Origin: a virus
Taxonomy: Duplodnaviria; Caudoviricetes
Length of the DNA stretch: 53,726 nucleotides
Strand: one strand, 5' to 3'
IMG/VR virus record: IMGVR_UViG_3300025645_000097
Span: 1-53,726 of that record
Below the pieces are notes generated by a model that saw nothing but the letters and a program-made list of their open reading frames with translations, had not been told where the DNA came from and did not search any database. Numbering within the stretch: the stretch's first letter is position 1; each line of letters begins with the position of its first letter. The position numbers and the translations under genes were made by a program. Below are positions 49,908 through 53,726 of this stretch, one piece after another.

Positions 49908-52712
49908 ATGAGCGACACCGAAAACCTGATCGTCAAATTCAGCCGGAGCAAGGGCCGAAGCCGTGGCTTTGTGAAGGGCCAGCGAAAGACCTGGACGGGG
50001 TTCAAAAAGATGTTCGACGAGGAGAACATCCTCAAGGACCCGACCATCACCTTCGCGGCCTATCACGCCCTGGGGGACTCCAAAGAAGGCAAAGAGGTCC
50101 AGGCCGAGAAGAAGGCCGCAGCCGGTGGCTGGGTGCCCGCCCTGTTTGACGACGGCGTCCGCCGGAAAACCCATATCAAAGGCCGGACGATGATCGCGTT
50201 CGACCTGGACTATGTGTCGGTCGAGCAGCTTGACGCGATCCGGGCCGGTGAGGTGCCGACCGCGCAGTGGGAATGGTTCATGCACACCACCCGCTCGCAC
50301 TGCCCCGAGAAACCCCGCGTCCGCATGATGATCCCGACCTCCCGGTTGATGACGATGGTGGAGGCCGAGGCAATCACCCGGTACATCGCCTGCGATCTGG
50401 CGAACGACCCGCAGCAGGGCATCGACATCCCCGACATCGTGTCAATGCGGGACAATCAGATCATGTACCTGCCGTCCATCTCCAAGAACCAGGAGTATTG
50501 GACCGACGAAAACGAGGGGGCCGTCATCGACGTTGACGCCGTCCTGGCAGAGAACCCCGATTGGGCCAACGTGGCCTCCTGGCCGACGCAGACCCACGAG
50601 GACGAGGTGCGTCGGTCGGGCGAGGTGATGGAGGACCCCCGCGAGAAGCCGGGAGTCATCGGAGCCTGGTGCCGGACCTATACGGTCGAGGACGTGATCG
50701 GTGAGCATCTGAGCGACATCTACGTCCCCGGTGACTCGACGGGCAGCCACCCGCGCTACAGCTACGCCCCTGGCGGGACCTTCAACGGCGCGATCGTGTA
50801 CGACGGCGGCCTGTTCCTCCAGTCGCACCACGGCTCGGACCCGATCGGCGGCCAGGCGAACGCTTTCGACCTGCTGCGTATTCACAAGTTCGGGCACCTC
50901 GACAAGGACGCCCACGCAAACACCTCGCCGGGCCAGATGCCCTCGTTTAAGGCGATGTGGAAATTCGCGGAGAACGACCCCGAGGTGAAGGCCGAGCGCC
51001 TGGCCGACCTGGTGTCAAACGACGAATGGGATGACGACGACGAGGACGAGGACGAGTCCGAAAAAGATACACGTTTTTCTGACATCGACATCGACGATCT
51101 GCTCGGGCCAGCGCCCAAAGCGGAATCCTCGAAAATCGACGACGACCTGGCAGAATTGCTAGGTGATGCACCCGAGGACGACGAGGCCAACCACGACATC
51201 GCGGATGATTTCGACGACGATCCCGACGACGAGGACGAGCCGGAGGAGAAGGCCGAGAAAAAGTCGAACTGGAAAGACGCCCTGGTCCTCGACAAGAACG
51301 GCAATATCGAAAAGGGGCTGCACAACTGCTTTTCGATCATCTGCGGTTTCAGCAAGATCGCGAACACGGTCTGGTACAACGAGATGGACCACGGCCACTA
51401 CACCCGCAAGCTACTCGATTTCAAAAACGTGACGCTGGAGCAGGCCCCGATCAAGGACCCGATAGCCGGGCGGCGCTGGGCTGACAACGACACGGCGGCG
51501 CTCATGCGGCTCCTGGCGACCCCCTCCAACCAGGGCGGGCTGGGTGTGGCCTTCACCAAGCAGGATGTGGAGCAGGCGCTCTCACAGGCCGCTCAGAAGA
51601 ACAGCTACCACCCCGTCATAGATCAGATCGAGCGCCACATCTGGGACGGCGTGCCGAGGATCGGCACCTTTTTCCAGGACTGGCTCGGATGCACCGACAA
51701 CGCCTACCACTCCGAACTGGCAACCGTCTGGTTCGTGGCCGGGATCACCCGCTTGTACGAGCCGGGCCACCGCTTCGACCTGGTGCCGATCCTGGGCGGC
51801 AAGCAGGGCGGCGGTAAGTCCGGTCTGATCGAGGCCCTGGGTCTCGGCTTTGCCGGATCGCTCTCGGGGGATTTCCACGACACGAAAAAGATGGCCGAGT
51901 CCACGATGGCGAAATTCATCCTGGAGGTGCCGGAACTCAAGGGCATGTCGAAGGGCATGATCGAGGACATTAAGGCGTATTTCACCGCGACCCGAGACAC
52001 CGTGCGCCTGTCCTACCGGGCGAACCCCGAGGACTTCATGCGGATGTGCATCTACATGGGCACGACCAACGCGAACCACTACCTGCGCGACGAGGAGAAC
52101 CGCCGCTTCTGCCCGGTCCTGACCGATACGCACGAGTGGAACAAGATCGACTTTGAGAACCTGGTCCCGATCATCCCGCAGCTTTGGGCCGAGGCCCGCG
52201 AGATTTACCTGCAAATGCGAAAAGACCAGCCCAAGGGGTTCCTGCCGCTGCACTTCACCTCTCCCGAGGCCAAGGCCGAAGCCCGCCGCTTGCAGTCTGA
52301 GAGCCGCGAGACGATGCCCCACGAGCCGGTGGCGGAGGTCGTCGGGGCCTGGCTGGATAACGAGGTCTCCCAGCAGCAGATCGACACCCCGGGCAACGAG
52401 GATTTCGACGACGACGATCCTGGTGACGGGCTTTTCGTCCGCAACCTGGTGACGGCCACGATGATCCGGCAGGAGTTGGCGTCGAACCCCATCATCCGCG
52501 ACCTGCGGGCGGCTGCGGACAAGACGATCGGCACGGCGCTCTCCAAGATGGAGGGCTGGCAGGCTGTAGGTTCCGGCTCTGTGCGGCGGCTGGGCCGCAA
52601 GGCGCGCTGGTACAGCCGGTTCCCCGCCGACGACCCGCGCAGCGATTTGGAGTACGTCTCGGTGAGCGAACTCACGGCTCGGGACGACGACCTGGACGAC
52701 CTCTTGTCCTGA
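49908..52712 (+). CDS. Primase-helicase (primase-like N-terminus plus VirE/VapE P-loop domain)
   Basis: DLD, HTTRSH..EKPRVR, WDGVPR, GKQGGGKS, GTTN...LRDEENRRF. Confidence 0.9.
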   Translation: MSDTENLIVKFSRSKGRSRGFVKGQRKTWTGFKKMFDEENILKDPTITFAAYHALGDSKEGKEVQAEKKAAAGGWVPALFDDGVRRKTHIKGRTMIAFDLDYVSVEQLDAIRAGEVPTAQWEWFMHTTRSHCPEKPRVRMMIPTSRLMTMVEAEAITRYIACDLANDPQQGIDIPDIVSMRDNQIMYLPSISKNQEYWTDENEGAVIDVDAVLAENPDWANVASWPTQTHEDEVRRSGEVMEDPREKPGVIGAWCRTYTVEDVIGEHLSDIYVPGDSTGSHPRYSYAPGGTFNGAIVYDGGLFLQSHHGSDPIGGQANAFDLLRIHKFGHLDKDAHANTSPGQMPSFKAMWKFAENDPEVKAERLADLVSNDEWDDDDEDEDESEKDTRFSDIDIDDLLGPAPKAESSKIDDDLAELLGDAPEDDEANHDIADDFDDDPDDEDEPEEKAEKKSNWKDALVLDKNGNIEKGLHNCFSIICGFSKIANTVWYNEMDHGHYTRKLLDFKNVTLEQAPIKDPIAGRRWADNDTAALMRLLATPSNQGGLGVAFTKQDVEQALSQAAQKNSYHPVIDQIERHIWDGVPRIGTFFQDWLGCTDNAYHSELATVWFVAGITRLYEPGHRFDLVPILGGKQGGGKSGLIEALGLGFAGSLSGDFHDTKKMAESTMAKFILEVPELKGMSKGMIEDIKAYFTATRDTVRLSYRANPEDFMRMCIYMGTTNANHYLRDEENRRFCPVLTDTHEWNKIDFENLVPIIPQLWAEAREIYLQMRKDQPKGFLPLHFTSPEAKAEARRLQSESRETMPHEPVAEVVGAWLDNEVSQQQIDTPGNEDFDDDDPGDGLFVRNLVTATMIRQELASNPIIRDLRAAADKTIGTALSKMEGWQAVGSGSVRRLGRKARWYSRFPADDPRSDLEYVSVSELTARDDDLDDLLS

Positions 52713-52823
52713 GATCAACGGTATCCCGGCGGCGGGGACCAGTCGCGAGTATCACAGAGAAAAGAAAGGGCCTCTATTTTACTGTTTCGACCGCGCCCCC
52801 ACCCTGGGGCAACCAACTTTTCA

Positions 52824-52858
52824 GCCCCGCCAGCTTCGTCTGAGCGGGGTTTTTCTTT
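52824..52858 (+). terminator. Rho-independent terminator after the primase gene
   Basis: GCCCCGC...GCGGGGT followed by TTTTCTTT. Confidence 0.6.
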
Positions 52859-53054
52859 GCCCGGAAGCCCTGTTTCAACGGACGGGTGAAATCGGAATCG
52901 TTCGCGGTCTGAATCTACAGATCGTAGAATGACCCAAACAGAGATCGTTTTAGGTCTACGTTCGGTGGAAATTTCAAGCGGATGCTGATTTTTCAACGGG
53001 AGCCGGGGGTAACTTCCCGTCTCAATGACCGGAATCCCGGAAAACGGCCCTCCA

Positions 53055-53292
53055 GGGTGGAACACGTACCCCCCGGAACAGTTACTTTCCTATCTCTCTG
53101 TGGAGAATCGACACATATTATATAGTTTAACCATTAAACTACTTATTAGTGTATATATTTTATATTATTCTTTTATAGTTTGTTTAGTGTTCCAGTGTTC
53201 CACCTACCCCTTAGACCCCTTGTTTATATGGCCTAAATGCCCGGAACACATAAACCGAATGGACGTGTTCCAGCGTGTTCCAGTGTTCCACC
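53055..53292. other. Putative replication origin
   Basis: 8 TGTTCC/GGAACA copies around a very AT-rich core (~53110-53190), downstream of the primase gene. Confidence 0.55.
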
Positions 53293-53712
53293 CCGAAAAA
53301 GGCTGTCTCGACCGGATTCCGGGCCAAAAATTTCCCGAGCGTATCGCGGTCTGATACATGCCAAGCACCCGGGGTTTTTGATAGGCACAAGATCGGCAAC
53401 GAAGATCGGCAAGATCGCCAGGCGGCCAGGCGGCAGGGCTTTTGCGCTCCGGCGTATATTCCGGGGTTATGCGCTCCGGCGTAAATCGAGGATGCCATAT
53501 GGCAGGGTTTCCGGGTTTTGATGCCAGATGGCAGGACCGGATTCAGGGCGGACGCGGGGACCAGGAATCCCCCTGTGCATATACGCACATGAGATGGGGC
53601 CATTTGTGCATATATCATTAGTTTCGCTCATATAAACCCCCCAGAACATGAGGTTCACCACATATAAACGCCGAGTGTGCTATGAGTTCTGTGCGAAATT
53701 GTCGAATGACGC

Positions 53713-53725
53713 GCTCTGCGCTACC
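53713..53725. other. Putative cos end
   Basis: Reverse complement GGTAGCGCAGAGC equals the Chi cos as I recall it (GGTGCGCAGAGC) plus one base; at the window end, beside the primase as in Chi. Confidence 0.65.
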
Positions 53726-53726
53726 A

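Noticed and set aside
53267-53288. Alphaproteobacterial LexA box (GTTC-N7-GTTC)
   Set aside because: Spacers are 6 and 4 bp, not 7; better explained as ori repeats.
52715-53661. ORFs in the right terminal region
   Set aside because: Atypical composition, overlap with repeats and the AT-rich core, and no RBS; treated as non-coding.

Overview
This window is a near-complete genome of a Chi-like (Casjensviridae-type) temperate siphophage. The host is an alphaproteobacterium, probably Rhodobacteraceae (phage GapR gene; CtrA-type site). It is in the free, non-integrated form: attP is intact (tRNA 3' core at 39488-39511) and the right end is a Chi-like cos sequence; the left end looks truncated. 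Layout: accessory arm of small ORFs, HTH regulators, GapR, nucleotide hydrolases and a DNA MTase (1-10.8 kb); lysis, tail and lambda-like head/packaging genes on the minus strand (10.8-37.9 kb); integrase-attP-repressor cassette (38-40.5 kb); replication module with SNF2 helicase, VRR-NUC, PolA, SSB, Cas4-like nuclease, DUF5664, HTH and VirE-type primase-helicase (40.6-52.7 kb); putative ori and cos (52.7-53.7 kb). Three signals stand out. (1) An acidic peptide tag [DE][DE][LP]L[GS] sits at the termini of about 9 unrelated proteins and twice in the primase linker, with different codons. (2) A 17-bp operator TTCACC-N5-GGTGAA occurs genome-wide, often as pairs exactly 19 bp apart. (3) The region upstream of the repressor carries CtrA, DnaA and NrdR boxes, and the repressor lacks a RecA-cleavable domain. 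Product calls come from motif recognition and synteny only; no database searches were run.
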